64,000 bases of DNA from Mobula hypostoma (lineage: Eukaryota): positions 69,504,001-69,568,000 of the forward strand of contig NC_086097.1 of the NCBI RefSeq assembly GCF_963921235.1, read 5' to 3'. A model generated the notes under the pieces. It saw nothing but the letters and a program-made list of their open reading frames with translations, searched no databases and was not told where the DNA came from. Positions 1 through 14,099 of this stretch are shown here, piece after piece (position 1 is the first letter of the stretch; each line of letters opens with the position of its first letter). Position numbers and translations under genes: made by a program.

Positions 1-6
1 TTGTAG

Positions 7-134
7 TTCACACCTGTTGTTGAGACGGGCTGTGATTGCATGCCTACATCAGCTTACGCAGAAGGAAGCTGCTGAAGTGCTTGAGTACGCCATGACTCTT
101 GGCAAGGAATCCAATAAAGGAAGCTGTAAACTTG
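7..134 (+). CDS. HEATR5A: HEATR5A coding exon (1st in window; [24 protein letters not shown]...)
   Basis: ttgtag acceptor ends at 6, gtaaga donor at 135; peptide matches HEATR5 family as I recall it; ends phase 1. Confidence 0.85.
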
Positions 135-712
135 GTAAGATATCTGATTTGGGATCATTACATGTTGTACACTTAGAAACACACATGACTAATTTTTTTT
201 ATCATTTTAAGAAAATTGTATCAATCAAAATTCTTCATGTACTTACCTTGGAGAGTCAGAGATAACAACATTGACTGTTGAAACTAGTAAAGTTTGCATT
301 CTGTTGAAAAGGCAAGATGATTGTTGTTTTGAGTAGTTAACGTACGTAATTGATAATAAGGCCAAGAATTTGAAATGTAAAGTATCATTGAGGTCATTAT
401 AGTATATCAATCTTTTCTTCCATTTTGCTTACTCTCTACATTTCTTCTGTGCTCTGGTACTTCAGTTACAGCACATGCTGTCCTGGTTGTGTTGAAAATT
501 GTTTATTAGACAGCAACAATTGTTTATAAAACTTGGCGAGGACTAATTGTCAGGATCGATATTTTGTTAGGTTATCATGAAAATGAAATTGCATTTTATT
601 GTTATGTAAATGGTAAGACTCTGGTATGCCTTGTAAATGTTTCGATGTTTTAGCAAGGCAGGTACAAAAATAAGGTGCTTGCGAGGTCCACATTTTAATC
701 TTGTGAAACTAA

Positions 713-925
<213 letters not shown>

Positions 926-1655
926 TAAGTATGTGAAGCTTCTGTTTTCTATCAAAAATGGAATGTTTGGTTTATTTTACTTTGACTTCAAAGGTGTATT
1001 TTATTTTCCCTTGTGTTGTTAACTTTTGCTCAGGTGAAGAGAAGTTGGTAGTTGTCACTGTGCACTAAAGCCAGACTGCCCAACCCGAGTTTGACAGGGC
1101 AGAGCTGTGCCGGCAGGAATTGGTTAGGATACATGTATTAGCAAACATCTGGTTTCAGGCCAGCCAAACTCGTTACTTCATCCATACCAGGATGATTTAC
1201 TTAATATTTCCAGTATTTGTTTTGTGTTTAAATTTGTTATATTTCCAGTGATAGTCTTAACAAGTCTGGAGAAACATAACTAAATATTTGGGCTTGCATC
1301 AAGTTTGTATTGGGCCTATCCAGCTGTTTGATTGTACACTTGAGAGGACTTCTCAATGCCTTACCCATGCAAATTTGCAGCCAAGTGGTTAAAATTTTGT
1401 AGACAAAGCATGAGCAATCTTCCAAAATTTGCTGTCCTGTGGGGAAAAATTTAATCAAGACTTCTAACTCTGGCATGTCTTAAGTTTGAGAGTTCCATGT
1501 GTAAGTCAGATTTATGCACAGCATTACAAATGACAACATGTGAAAATTGTTAATTATATATTTTATTTTATTTGCTGAAATATTTATTTTCATTTGTTAA
1601 TTCATGTTATTACACCCCTTACAAACTTTATAAATTCTGATGATCTCCACCCCAG

Positions 1656-1895
1656 ATTTCACCACTGCTGCTCCGGTAGACACTACTCAGGAAGACGAGG
1701 ATGAAAGGGCTGATGATGAAACAATATTCACCTCCAATAAAGATGACCAATTACGACCAATGATTGCACCACGCTGGTCAACCAGGGTATTTGCAGCAGA
1801 ATGTGTGTGCCGAATTATTACCCAGTGTGAGAAGATAGATGCTGCTCATTTTGATATGACTTTGGCTCAGGAAAAGAAACTGAAGCATCCTCAAA
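1656..1895 (+). CDS. HEATR5A: HEATR5A exon 3 (DFTTAAPVDT...PRWSTRVFAAECVCRII...)
   Basis: ccccag / gtaagt; 240 nt; AAECVCRII matches paralogue A rather than B (AADCLCRII), from recall. Confidence 0.92.
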
Positions 1896-1976
1896 GTAAG
1901 TGGCTCTGAGGGGCCTGAAAGATTAAACGTTTGTGGTGGTGCAAAGAGAGAGATGTTTTACCAGATTTTAATATGA

Positions 1977-2279
<303 letters not shown>

Positions 2280-2982
2280 TAACAACGTTTATTCTAAACG
2301 TAATCAGTGATATGTAAACTTTATAATGAATTTGCCTGCAGCAGCATGTTGCAAAAAGCAAGGGAGAATAAGGAATTTGGGTTAAATATTCTTATGCTCC
2401 AGTTTGAGAACTGATTCTTCATCATTTCAATAGTGCTTAAAAGTATTTAAGCACTTGAAAAATATTACACCATCTTGGAAAAGTTTATAATCAGCCAGCC
2501 TTTCAATCTCACATTTTAGAATATTCTTCCAAATCATGTCTGCTTTGTTCCTTCTCTGCTCTATTTAAGCAAAGTTTCTTGATCTCCATTTCGATCTCCA
2601 CCTGATTCAAATGTGATCTTGAGATTTTGTTTTTAATATCCTGAAAGAGAATAGAGTTTGTGACAATACAAAGTTGTTAAGTTATTGTTGGGACAAAAGT
2701 AGACGCCACAACTGATGAACAGCAACTTCTACCAGCGCAAGTGCATGTAAGATGTTGCAGGCTCTCGCTGTTAAAGATTGGCTACTTCCTGCAGTACAGA
2801 GTAGTCACTGGCATCTGACACACATGAGAGCAAAGCTGATGAGGAATGGGGGGTATATAGGGGGAAAGCAAGCTTGAAGATAAAAATATTATGTTCTGAT
2901 GACACGGTGTTCACTCAATAACAATAATAATGATGTGGAGGTTGTTAGATTCTCGGGTTATGACCAACGAAAAATGCTTGGA

Positions 2983-3023
2983 GCAACACACAAAAAAGTT
3001 GCTGGTGAACGCAGCAGGCCAGG
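2983..3023 (-). mobile_element. 41-bp terminal fragment of a Penelope-like element with 9-bp flanking direct repeat
   Basis: near-identical to 18015-18055; atgcttgga at 2974-2982 and 3024-3032. Confidence 0.75.
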
Positions 3024-3296
3024 ATGCTTGGATTTGCTTAACACTATAGTCCAATGGTGTTTATTTGGCACATCAAAAATCAAACTTACAAAAAATAGCA
3101 AAAGTAGTTGAAAGAAAATTGTTAATAATTACAAAAATATATCAGTAATAGCTCCGTACTATTCGTGTCCAGTGTGAACTCCTACCAGCCCCTATCTTTC
3201 CTCAGCTGAGGGCGAAGAGCTCCTTCTTATTCAGCATGAGGACACACCATCTTTAATTACCATCAAAGTTAACTTCAGACTACACATGAATTAGAA

Positions 3297-4700
3297 TAAT
3301 CCCGGTGCCGAAGAAGAGCAAGGTGGCATGCCTGAATGACTATCGACCTGTGTCTCTGACATCAATTGCTATGAAGTGCTTCGAGCGATTGGTTATGGCA
3401 CACATCAACCACAGCCTACCAGTCAACCTTGACGCTTTGCAATTCGCCTACCGGAGCAACAGGTCAACGGCAGATGCCATCTCTCTGGCCCTACATTCCT
3501 CCTTAGAACACCTGGAGAATGAAGACGCATATGTAAGGCTCCTTTTCATTGACTACATGCTCTGCCTTTAATACCATCATTCCAAATAAACTGATTTCTA
3601 AGCGCTGGAACCTGGGCCTCAGCACTCAGATCTGCAGCTGGATCTTCAACTTCCTCACAGACAGGACCCAGGCTGTAAAAATAGGGGACAAGCTCTCCTC
3701 TACAATCACTCTGAGCACCGGTGCCCCACAAGGCTGTGTACTCAGCCCCCTGCTGTACTCACTGTACACCCATGATTGTGTAGCCAAGTTTCCATCGAAC
3801 TCAATATATAAGTTTGCTGATGACACCACAATTGCAGGCCGTATCTTGGGTAATGATGAGTTTGAGTACAGAGATGAAATCAAGAACCTGGTGGCATGGT
3901 GCGAAGACAATAACCTATCCCTCAACGTCAGCAAGACGAAGGAATTGGTTGACTTCAGAAGGAGTAACGGACCACAGAGCCCCATTTACATCAGTGCTGC
4001 GCAAGTGGAACGGGTCAAAAGCTTCCTCGGGGTCAATATCACAAATGACCTGACTTGGTCCAACCAAGCAGAGTCCACTGCCAAGAAGGCTCTCCAGCGC
4101 CTTTACTTCCTGAGAAAGCAAAAGAAATTTGGCTTGTCCCCTAAAACCCTCACGAATTTTTATAGATGCACTGTAGAAAGCATTCTTCTAGGGTGCATCA
4201 CAACCTGGTATGGAGGTTGTCCTGTCCAAGACCGGAAGAAGCTGCAGAAGTTTGTGAACACAGCCCAGCACATCACACAAACCAATCTTCCGTCCTTGGA
4301 CTCACTTTACACCGCACGCTGTCGGAGCAGTGCTACCAAGATAACCAAGGACACGACCCACCCAGCCAACACACTTTTCATCCCTCTTCCCTCTGGGAGA
4401 AGGCTCAGGAGCTTGAAGACTCATACAGCCAGATTTGGGAACAGCTTCTTTCCAACTGTGATAAGACTGCTGAACGGATCCTGACCGGGATCTGGGCTGT
4501 ACCCTCCAAATATCCGGACCTGCCTCTTGGTTTTTTTGCACTACCTTACTTTCGCTTTTCTATTTTCTATTTATGGTTTACAATTTAAATTTTTAATATT
4601 TACTATCGATTTGTACTCCAGGGAGCGTGAAGCGCAGAATCATATATCGCTGTGATGATTGTACGTTCTAGTATCAATTGTTCTGTGACAATAAAGTATA
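3297..4700 (+). mobile_element. 5'-truncated Rex1/Babar-type non-LTR retrotransposon (RT C-terminal part plus 3' UTR)
   Basis: ORFs 3305..3571 and 3549..4484: [33 protein letters not shown]; one frameshift; ends aataaagtat. Confidence 0.88.
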
Positions 4701-5278
4701 AAGAATATGATGCACCCCACAGTATAGTCACAATCATAATCAAAATGTACAGAAGTATCTGCCTTAAATACAGTATACAAACAATATACACATTTATACA
4801 TCCCCTTTACTAAAGAAATGGAATAATTTGCTTGTATAGCGGGAGAGGTACCATAAAGCCAACCCAAACGTATCATAGGAGTATACTTATATAAAAGGAG
4901 TGTCTTTACCAAGTGCTCTCCATCACAGAGGGAAGTATCAAATTGTTTTCTGTGCAAAAAAATGTTTTATTTTGGAGCAGAGATATATCAGACCATGATA
5001 AGATATTTATTTTGTGCTTAAAAACAACTTTTACAAACTTGGAAAGAAAGCATTCTACCAGCCCATGCTTGCACAATATCAAAGGTTTTTGTGGTAGTCT
5101 GGAGATGAGACCATAACAACATCATGTGGCACCTCATCCTTTGAATGTCATGGTAGCTCTGTAGTAGTGATTTTTTAACCCTATTTTGCTGCTATTTTGA
5201 ATAGTGAAACAATATCATTTTTATCTTACTGAATTGCATTACTACTTATGAGAAGGAAACATTACTACACCATTCTAA

Positions 5279-5392
<114 letters not shown>

Positions 5393-5794
5393 TAAACTAC
5401 TTCTCATTCTCTGTGCTAGTGGCTTGACTGTTTTCATTAATTGAGATTTGTAATGGTGGTATCAAATGATCTTTCAACTATTTTAATATAGTGCAGGAGA
5501 AAACTTGATCTTAGTGCATTATGTAATCTTAACCACCATTATGTACTGCATAATTTTCTTTTTGCTGTGATAAGCATTTCAACAGGGCATGAATTGTTGT
5601 TTCTATAAATTATTCATTTGTTTTTGGAAAGATTGCATCAAAATTCAATTTGAGATATGTCTCGCAAAAGTTCAATTTTAAAACCTGCATATATTTAAAC
5701 TTTGGAGGTCCTTGTATCTTCCAGATTTGTTCTGTGCTTTCTGATGCTAAGCAGAATTTTCATTTGGCTGCATTGCACTTTGGATTGGAACACT

Positions 5795-8700
5795 ATAAGG
5801 CCATAAGATATAGGAGCAGAAGTAGGCCATTCGGCCCATCGTGTCTGCTCCACCATTCAATCATTGGCTGATCCAATTCTTCCGGTCCTCCCCACTCCCC
5901 TGCCTTCTCTCCATACCCTTTTGATGCCCTAGCTAATCAAAAGCCTATCTATCTCTGCCTTAAATGCACCCAGTGATTTGGTCTCCACAGTTGCTCGTGG
6001 CAACAAATTCAACAGATTTACCACCCTCTGACTAAAGTAATTTCTCTGCATCTCTGTTCCAAATAGACGTCCTTCAATCCTGAAGTCGTGCCTTCTTGTC
6101 CTGGACTCCCCTACCATGGGAAATAACTTTGCCATACCTAATCTGTTCAGGTCTTTTAACATTCAGAATGTTTCTATGAGATCTCCCCTCATTCTCCTGA
6201 ATTCCAGGGAATACAGCACAAGAGCTGCCAGATGTTCCTCATACAGTAACCCTGTCATTCCTGGAATCATTCTCGTGAATCTTCTCTGAACCCTCTCCAA
6301 TGTCAGTGTATCCTTTCTAAAATAATGAGCCTAAAACTGCACACAATATTCTTAAGTGTGGTCTCACGAGTGCCTTATACAGCCTCAACTTCATACCCCT
6401 GCTCTTATATTCTATACCTCTAGAAATGAATGCCCACATTGCATTCGCCTTCTTCACAACCGACCCAACCTTGAAGTTAACCTTTAGGGTATCTTGTACA
6501 AGGACTCCCAAGTCCCTTTGCATCTCTGCATTTTGAATTCTCTCCCCATCTAAATAATAGTCTGCCCGTTTATTTCTTCCACCAAAGTGCATGACTGTAC
6601 ATTTCCCAGCATTGTATTTCATTTGCCACTTCTTTGCCCATTCCCCTAAACTATCTAAGTCTCTCTGTTTTCTCAACACTATCCGCTCCTCCACCTATCT
6701 TTGTATCATTGGCAAATTTAGCCACAAATCCATTAATCCCATAGTCCAAATCATTGACATACATTGTAAAAAGCAGCCGTCCCAACACCGACTTCTGTGG
6801 AACTCCACTGGTAACCAGCAGCCAGCCAGAATAGGATCCCTTTGTTCCCACTCTCTGTTTTCTGCCGATCAGCCAATGCTCCACCCATGCTAGTAACTCC
6901 CCTGTAATTCCATGGGCTCTTACCTTGCTAAGCAGCCTCGTGTGGCACCTTGTCAAAGGCTTTCTGGAAATCCCAAGTACACTGCATCCACTGCATCTCC
7001 TTATAATTTCCTCAAAAATTTGCAGTAGGTTTGTCAGGTTGGATTTTCCTTTCAGGAAACCATGCTGGCTTTGGCCTACCTTGTCATGTGCTTCCAGGTA
7101 CTCCGTGATCTCATCCCTAACAATCGATTCCAACAACTTCCCAACCACTGATGTCAGGATAACAGGTCTATAGTTTCCTTTCTACTGCCTCCCACCCTTC
7201 TTAAATAGCGGAGTAACATTTGCAATTTTCCAGTTATCCGGTACAATGCCAGGATCTATCGATTCTTGAAAGATCATTGTTAATGCCTCCGCAATCTCTC
7301 CAGCTACTTCCCTCAGAACCCAAGGGTGCATCCCATCATGTCCAGGAGAATTATCCACCCTCAGACCATTAAGCTTCCTGAGCATCTTCTAGGTCGTAAT
7401 TTTCACTGCACATACTTCACTTCCCTGACATTCTTGAATGTCTGGTATACTGCAGATGTCTTCCAGTGTGAAGATTGATACAGAGTACACTTTCAGTTCC
7501 TCTTTCATCTCTGCATCTCTCATTACAGTATCTCCAGCGTCATTTTCTATTGGTCCTATATCTACCCTCAACTCTTTTTTACCCTTTATATACTTAAAAA
7601 AGCTTTAGTATCTTCTTAGATATTAGTCACCAGCTTCCTTTCATAATTCGTCTTTTCCTTCCTAATGACCTTCTTAGTTTCCTTCTGCAAGTTTTTAAGA
7701 GCTTCCCAATCCTCTGTCTTCCCACTAGCTTTGGCTTCCTTGTATGCTCTCTCTTTTGCTTTTTACTTTGGCTCTGACTTCACTTGTCAACCACGGTCGT
7801 GTCCTTCTTCCATTCAAAAATTTCTTCTTATTTGGAATATATCTGTCTTGCACTTCCCTCATTTTTCACAGTAACTGCAGCCATTGCTGCTCTTCTGTCC
7901 TTCCTGATAGTGTCTCTTTCCAGTCAACCAGTGGCCATTTCCCCTCTCATGTCATTGTAATTTTCTTTATTCCACTGAAATACCAACACATTTGCACCAT
8001 TGTTTTGTTTGTTTTTTTCATTCTGCACAGCGAGAGCTCAGGGAAACCGGCATCAAATTCCCTGTATGTGTCCACATACTTGGCGATAATAAAGGATTCT
8101 GATTCTGATTCTGACATTGGAATTCAGTTTCTCCTTTTCAAATTTCAAAGTGAACTTGATCATTTTGTGATCACTGTTCCCTAAGAGTTCTTTAACTTTA
8201 TCTCTGATCACCTCTGGATCACCCAATCCGGCACAGCCAATCCCCTAGTGGGCTCAACAACAAGCTGTTCTAAAAAGCCATCCCTTAGACATTCTACAAA
8301 TTCTTTCTCTTGAGGTCCAGTACTGGCTCGGTTTTCCCAATCCACTTTCATGTTAAAATCCCCAATGATTATTGTGACATTGCCCTTCTGACACGCCTTT
8401 TCTATCTCCTGCTGTAATTTGTAATCCACATCCTGGCTGCTGTTTGGAGGCCTGTATACAACTGCCATTAGGGTCCTTTTACCCTTGTCCTGCACCTTCT
8501 GATCGTATGTCATCCCTTTCTAATGTTAATATTATTTCTTATACACAGGGCCACACTACCCCCTCTGCCTACTAACCTACCTTTCCAATACACCGTATAT
8601 CCTTGGACGTTCAGCTCCCAATGGCAGCCATCCTTTAGCCAAGTTTCAGAATGTCATACTTGCCAATCTGTAGCTGAATTTCAAGATCGTCCATTTTACT

Positions 8701-9710
8701 TCTTATGCTGCGTGCATTCAAATATAAGCATTTGTTGCTTTCTGTGTTAACTGCACCACGCCTCTATTGCCCTGTAACTCATCCCACTGGCTGTGATTAC
8801 ACCTCATCTTCTGACTCTCCTTTCTATCATCTCTGCTGCACGCTATCTTTAATTTATTTCTGTTTTCTCCTTCCTCAGCCCTGTCACTCTGGTTCCCAAC
8901 CCCCACCAAACTGATTTAAACCCTCCCTGACAGCTCTATTAAATGTGTCCGCTAGGATATTGGACCCCTTTGGATTCAGGTGTAACCCATTCTTTTTGTG
9001 CAGGTCCTACTTCCCCCAAAAGAGGCCCCAATGATCCAGGAACCCAAAGCCCTGCCCCGAACACCAGTCTCTCAGCCACGCATTAACATGCTTTATCGTG
9101 CTCATCTTGTGCTTGTTAGCATGTGGCTCAGGCAACAATCCCGATGTTACTACCCAGGAGGTCCTGCTTTTCAGCTTCCTACCCAACTCCCTGAATTCTC
9201 TCTTCAAAACCTCCTCCCTTTTTCTCCCTATGTCATTGGTACCAGCGTGTATCAAGACTTCTGGCTGGTCACCGTCTCCCTTCGGGATACTCTGCACCCG
9301 ATCCAAGACATCTCGTACCCTGGCACCTGGGAGGCAACACACCAGACTGACAGAACCTCCTATCTGTTCCCCTCACTATGGAATCCCCTATGACTACCTC
9401 ATTCCTCATCTTCTTCTCTCCCTTCTGCACCACGGAACCAGGCTCAGTGCCAGAGACCCGATCTCTGTGGTCGTCCTCTGTCAGGTCACTGCCCTCAACA
9501 TCATCCAAAACGAGGTAACAATTACTGAAGGGGATGTCTACAGGGGTGCTCTCTACTATCTGTGTTCTTCCCGTCCCTTCCCTGACAGTCACCCACTTAT
9601 CTAACTCCTGCAGCCTCGGGGTGACCAACTCCTTGTAGCTCCTATTTATCTCTTGCTCACTTGCCCTAATAAGCTGTAGGTCATCAAGCCGCAGCTCCAG
9701 AACACTGCTC
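5795..9710 (-). mobile_element. Decayed, nearly complete CR1 LINE: ORF1 (SGNH esterase) plus ORF2 (APE and RT), antisense in intron 5
   Basis: VVIGDSIVRG and HAGTNDIGRK (ORF1); VVYRPPN and IGDFN (APE); QHGF, SGVPQ, KFAND (RT); CR1-type 3' tail near 5795-5880; many stops and frameshifts. Confidence 0.9.
7990..8112 (+). mobile_element. Short LINE 3'-tail insertion (aataaa plus (gattct)n) nested in the CR1
   Basis: interrupts CR1 ORF2; ends aataaaggattctgattctgattctga, the tail type seen on Rex1/Babar copies here. Confidence 0.6.
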
Positions 9711-9829
9711 AGTTGCTGATCGTAGAGCCTTACTGTTTAATGCCTCAATGCAGATAAGTTGAGCATAGTCTCAACAGAGTACATGCTACACTACCTAGAG
9801 AAATAATTATTATCTCGTCAGAGTTCTGG

Positions 9830-10370
9830 GAGGCTTCCATTGGTCAGAGTCGACCATGGATGTTGGGTCCTGGTTGACTAGATACACAAGCTTGAGCAGT
9901 ACAAAATGGAGAATGAGTTGTTGCCTATATAGCGAGCTCCCCCTCGCCATGCATCTGATCAACCCAAAGGAACATCAGAAAGCATTACAATTTGGCACCA
10001 GCAGTGTTGCAGGAGTTGCCAGTCAGCATGAACTCAACATAGGACTGCCTGAGGGACTCCAGATCCAGATTTTTCCCTTGGGGTTGACTCCAGGAACCTT
10101 CCTCATGAGTGGGTATAACTGCAAGGTAGTGGAGGTTTGAGATCAGTGTTTTCCTCATCCTAGATGAGCCATCAGCCCCATCTGCCTGAAGCGATTGGTT
10201 TTATGACGAAATATTTCTGCCGGGTTTAGTAGCTAAGGCACACGTGAAGGCCAGGAGCAGGACTTGGTTATCAGAGGCTATCTGAGGCACATATCATTGG
10301 GTGCATTTAATAGGTAGTAGGAGCTTGTCCTCATTAACAATCCCGGAGATAGCAACCTCAAGGAACCTAG
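9830..10370. repeat. Unclassified ~500-bp interspersed repeat, copy 1 (possibly RTE-related)
   Basis: collinear reverse-complement similarity with 22320-22775. Confidence 0.65.
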
Positions 10371-10371
10371 T

Positions 10372-11185
10372 CATAGAGTTGGGAATAGGCCTATCAACTA
10401 AACATCCACACTGAACAAATAGGCACCTGAATTAGTTCTATTTATTGCTTTTGACCCATAATCCCTCTAATCCTTTACTCTACATACAGTATATATCCAG
10501 ATGTTTTTTAAATGCTGTAATTGTACTTGCCTCAACCACTTCCTCCAGCAGCTGATTCCGTGTACCCACCAAAGCCTGTGTGGGGGGAAACAATCCCCCT
10601 TAGTTCTCCTTTAAATCTTTCTCCTTCACATCAAATCAGTGTCCTCCAGTTTTTTACTCCAGAAAAAGTGTAACCATTCACCTTTTCTATGCCCCTCTTG
10701 ATTTTATACACCTTTGTAAAATGTCAGTCTTCAGACTACTACACTCCAAGGGAAGATGGCCCAACCCATCTAGTCTCTCTATGACTTAAGCCCTCCTGTC
10801 TGTAAAGATAGCATTTGGCATACTGTACTTGCCTTCATCATTTAGTGCACTGAGTACAAGAGTTAGGACATCAGTTTACAACTGTGCTAGATGTTGATAG
10901 GGCCACACTGTATAGTCACTTTCAGGGAACTTTGCACTTGTATACCAGGTCTCTGTTCTACAGCAAGCTCCAGGGCCCTGCATTTGCTGTACAGGTTCTG
11001 ACTTGGCTTATTTTCCCAGAATGCAACACTTCATATTCTATTCTGCCCTTGGCCATTTTCCCAGTTGATATAGCTTCTGTTGTAATCTTACTTAACCCTC
11101 TTCACTGTCCACTGTACCACAAAGTTTGCTGTCATGTGCAAACTTATTAACCATGCCAACTAGGTCCTTATCCAAGTCTATCTAA
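10372..11185 (-). mobile_element. Highly degenerate CR1-like 3' fragment
   Basis: CR1-like tail and residual RT-region similarity to other CR1 copies; boundaries approximate. Confidence 0.5.
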
Positions 11186-11607
11186 AGCATATTTATTCAC
11201 ATGCAAAGAGGAAAAAAAATTAAAATAACGTTGGACTGAGCATATTAACATGCTTTATTTGATGACTTGATTGGTAGAAAACCTGGTCCTGAGAACTGAA
11301 TAAAAGCTCTGTGATGATATGATGGACTCTTGTTTTTGATCATCGTACAGTAATGGTTTTTAACTACAACTTTATCTAATTGACATGCAGAGCATCTGTT
11401 CTTCAATACTTTATAGGAATTCTTTTCTGTTGTACCTGTAAATGTAAGATGTTTTGAATTAAGTTGCTGTCTGATCCTCTTTTCTATTAAGTAAACTTCC
11501 AAACTCACGATTGACTGACAACTCAGCATTCAATATACATTCTAAGTGCATTTGAAGGAATCAGGCGATTTGTTTGAACTGAAGATTTCTCTTCAATTCT
11601 CCATTAG

Positions 11608-11814
<207 letters not shown>

Positions 11815-12449
11815 TAAGCAGTTGAATTTAGTCTGAGAATCTATTAATTCTGTTTGTTACTAAAAATTGTAGATAATAGCCCCCATTTACTGGTCAGGAT
11901 GAACCACAAAAACTGAATGCCCTGGTAGGAACCTACTTCTAACAGCTATTTCCAACCTTGCTGATTAAGGTTCTCCTGGTGTCAGTTCCTTCACATAAGG
12001 AAAATAAAGGGGTGGGAAGACAGAGAAACTGTGTGGGCAGGCTGCAAAACAAATCCACTCATAAAATCACTTTGCTATCTCGTCAAGTTACACTTTACTT
12101 GGTTGATCTGAATCATCCAAAACAATGTGTGTGAATGTCTCTAAAATTAGAAGCATTGAAGAACATTTTAAAAATCTATTTCAGAAAGTAATGAATCTGA
12201 AGTTCTTTAACATTTAAAACATAATTAATATTTCATTAAATTCTAAATATGCAACCCAGTGGTGTCCTCTCTTTAAGCGTTATTAAAATTGATTAGCTTG
12301 TGTTCAATGTTAGTCTCAAGATGGTGATCAATTTTTTAAATCACTTAACTACCTCAATAATATTATTTTCCATGGTGTGGAAATCCTTGCGGAACAATAC
12401 ATTTTTAGACCCCAGCTTAAAAAAAGAGATATTACCAAATGTGTTCTGT

Positions 12450-12592
12450 TCTGGTTGCAACCTTGAAACTGACACCCAGAAGATGGGGTACACTTAGGGA
12501 CAACTTGAAAGACTGGCCCAGGACAGAGAACTCTGGTGAGCTGCTGTCGGCGGCCTAAGCTCCATAGGGATGATAGGCTTACCTAACTAACT
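12450..12592 (+). mobile_element. RTE-like LINE 3' end fragment
   Basis: translates LERLAQDRELW..AAVGGL, resembling an RTE ORF C-terminus; short (ctaa)n tail. Confidence 0.5.
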
Positions 12593-13864
12593 GGGGGAGG
12601 GGTGTCCTGCTCTGGTTGGTTATTTGTAGCATGTGGTTAATGCTGCCTACTTGATGTAAATTTTCATTGCAAAGACAGATGAACTTTGTTTAAGTGTATT
12701 AAAAGAAAGCTAATACTTAAGCAGTGATTTAAGCAAATGAAATCAGTGCAATTTGATTTATACAATTTGATTTCCACAAGTGGTGTTTCAGTTGTTAATG
12801 TGTTTTTAAAGATGATCTTTCAGTAGGGAATCTTAAGCCTTGGAAGATAGATAAAGTTATGGAATTGGCAAGTGTTTGAAGGAAGTGAGAAGACATCATT
12901 TCAGTGTCATGGTGTTATACTGATTTGGGTAGTGGTGTAGAAATCATTTAGGAATTGGGCAGATATTTTCAGTGGTCCATTATTTAATTGGGAATGAATC
13001 ATCTGTTTTGCATAATGAGTTGCTATAACTAATAAAAGTAGATTATAAAATAATGTGAGTAGTAGTAAAATGACACTGGAATCATGACTTTGTATTGATT
13101 GCTTTTGGAGATGGATATAATTTTGTTTGGACATTATGAACAATCATAATGATGGATGATGAACCCTATCATAGTACTGTTGAGAATGAAGTTATAATAT
13201 GCAAATATATTTTCAGGCCATTTTGCATCTGAAAGTAATTATCTTCAGAACAATGTAAATATTGTTGAAATCACATTCTTTTTGATTTGTGTTTTGGTGT
13301 GATATAAAGTGAATCAACTACACATAAGATTAGTGGAAAAGATTTTGTGCTAAATATATATGCCAAGGAATAGACTTGAATGGAAATTGCTATCCAAAGG
13401 GAGAACGGTGAATTCAATAGAAGCAAATATTGGTGGAGAAGAATCTCAGTGGGAAAGGGAATTGACTTCAATTGGACAGATCTATAAGGATCTAAACCAA
13501 AGAATGAATTGTTTAAAGTTACATTCGTTAACCTATAGTGTGGAAAGAGTAGTGAGTGATAATATATCAGACCTATTTATTATGTTTGGCTGTAGTTCCA
13601 TACCAGGATCTCATTTTAAGGCAGTGATTCATGTCATTTGTTATGGTCAGAAACAATGACATTATTTTTGAAACCTTGTTTTGTTAAAGATTGAAAAGTC
13701 AGCAATTTAGCCTTAAATATCTTTGAACTAAGTATTCTAAAAGTAGTTTATTCTGTAGTAGAACATCTAAGACTTATGACATTTTAACTACATTTTCAAG
13801 AAGATTTATTTCCCATCAAATCTATTTCTGTTGGCTTACTTAGTATTCATATATTTTCTCCTAG

Positions 13865-14099
13865 GTTTACATTGTCACAGTTGAAAGGCAAAAAATGTGT
13901 GCACCAAGACAAAAGCAATTCGAAAAGGTTGAAAGCTCTGCAGCTGATGACTCCCGGGATGCAATTTCTGCTGGGGATGGTCTTCTCAGTTTGGTGCAGG
14001 CAGAATTGGGAACACTGAGTAAATTTTGGCTGGCTGTGCTGCATGATTATGCCCTTCTCACCTTGTCTCCAGAATACACAATTCAGCTTCCAGCTGGAG
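13865..14099 (+). CDS. HEATR5A: HEATR5A exon 7 (VYIVTVERQK...LVQAELGTLSKFWLAVLHDYALLTL...)
   Basis: tcctag / gtaaaa; 235 nt, phase 0-1; overlaps ORF 13895..14188. Confidence 0.9.

Noticed and set aside
1034..1070. Possible alternative exon after ttttgctcag in intron 2
   Set aside because: In-frame stop within 12 codons, no frame-preserving donor and no other support
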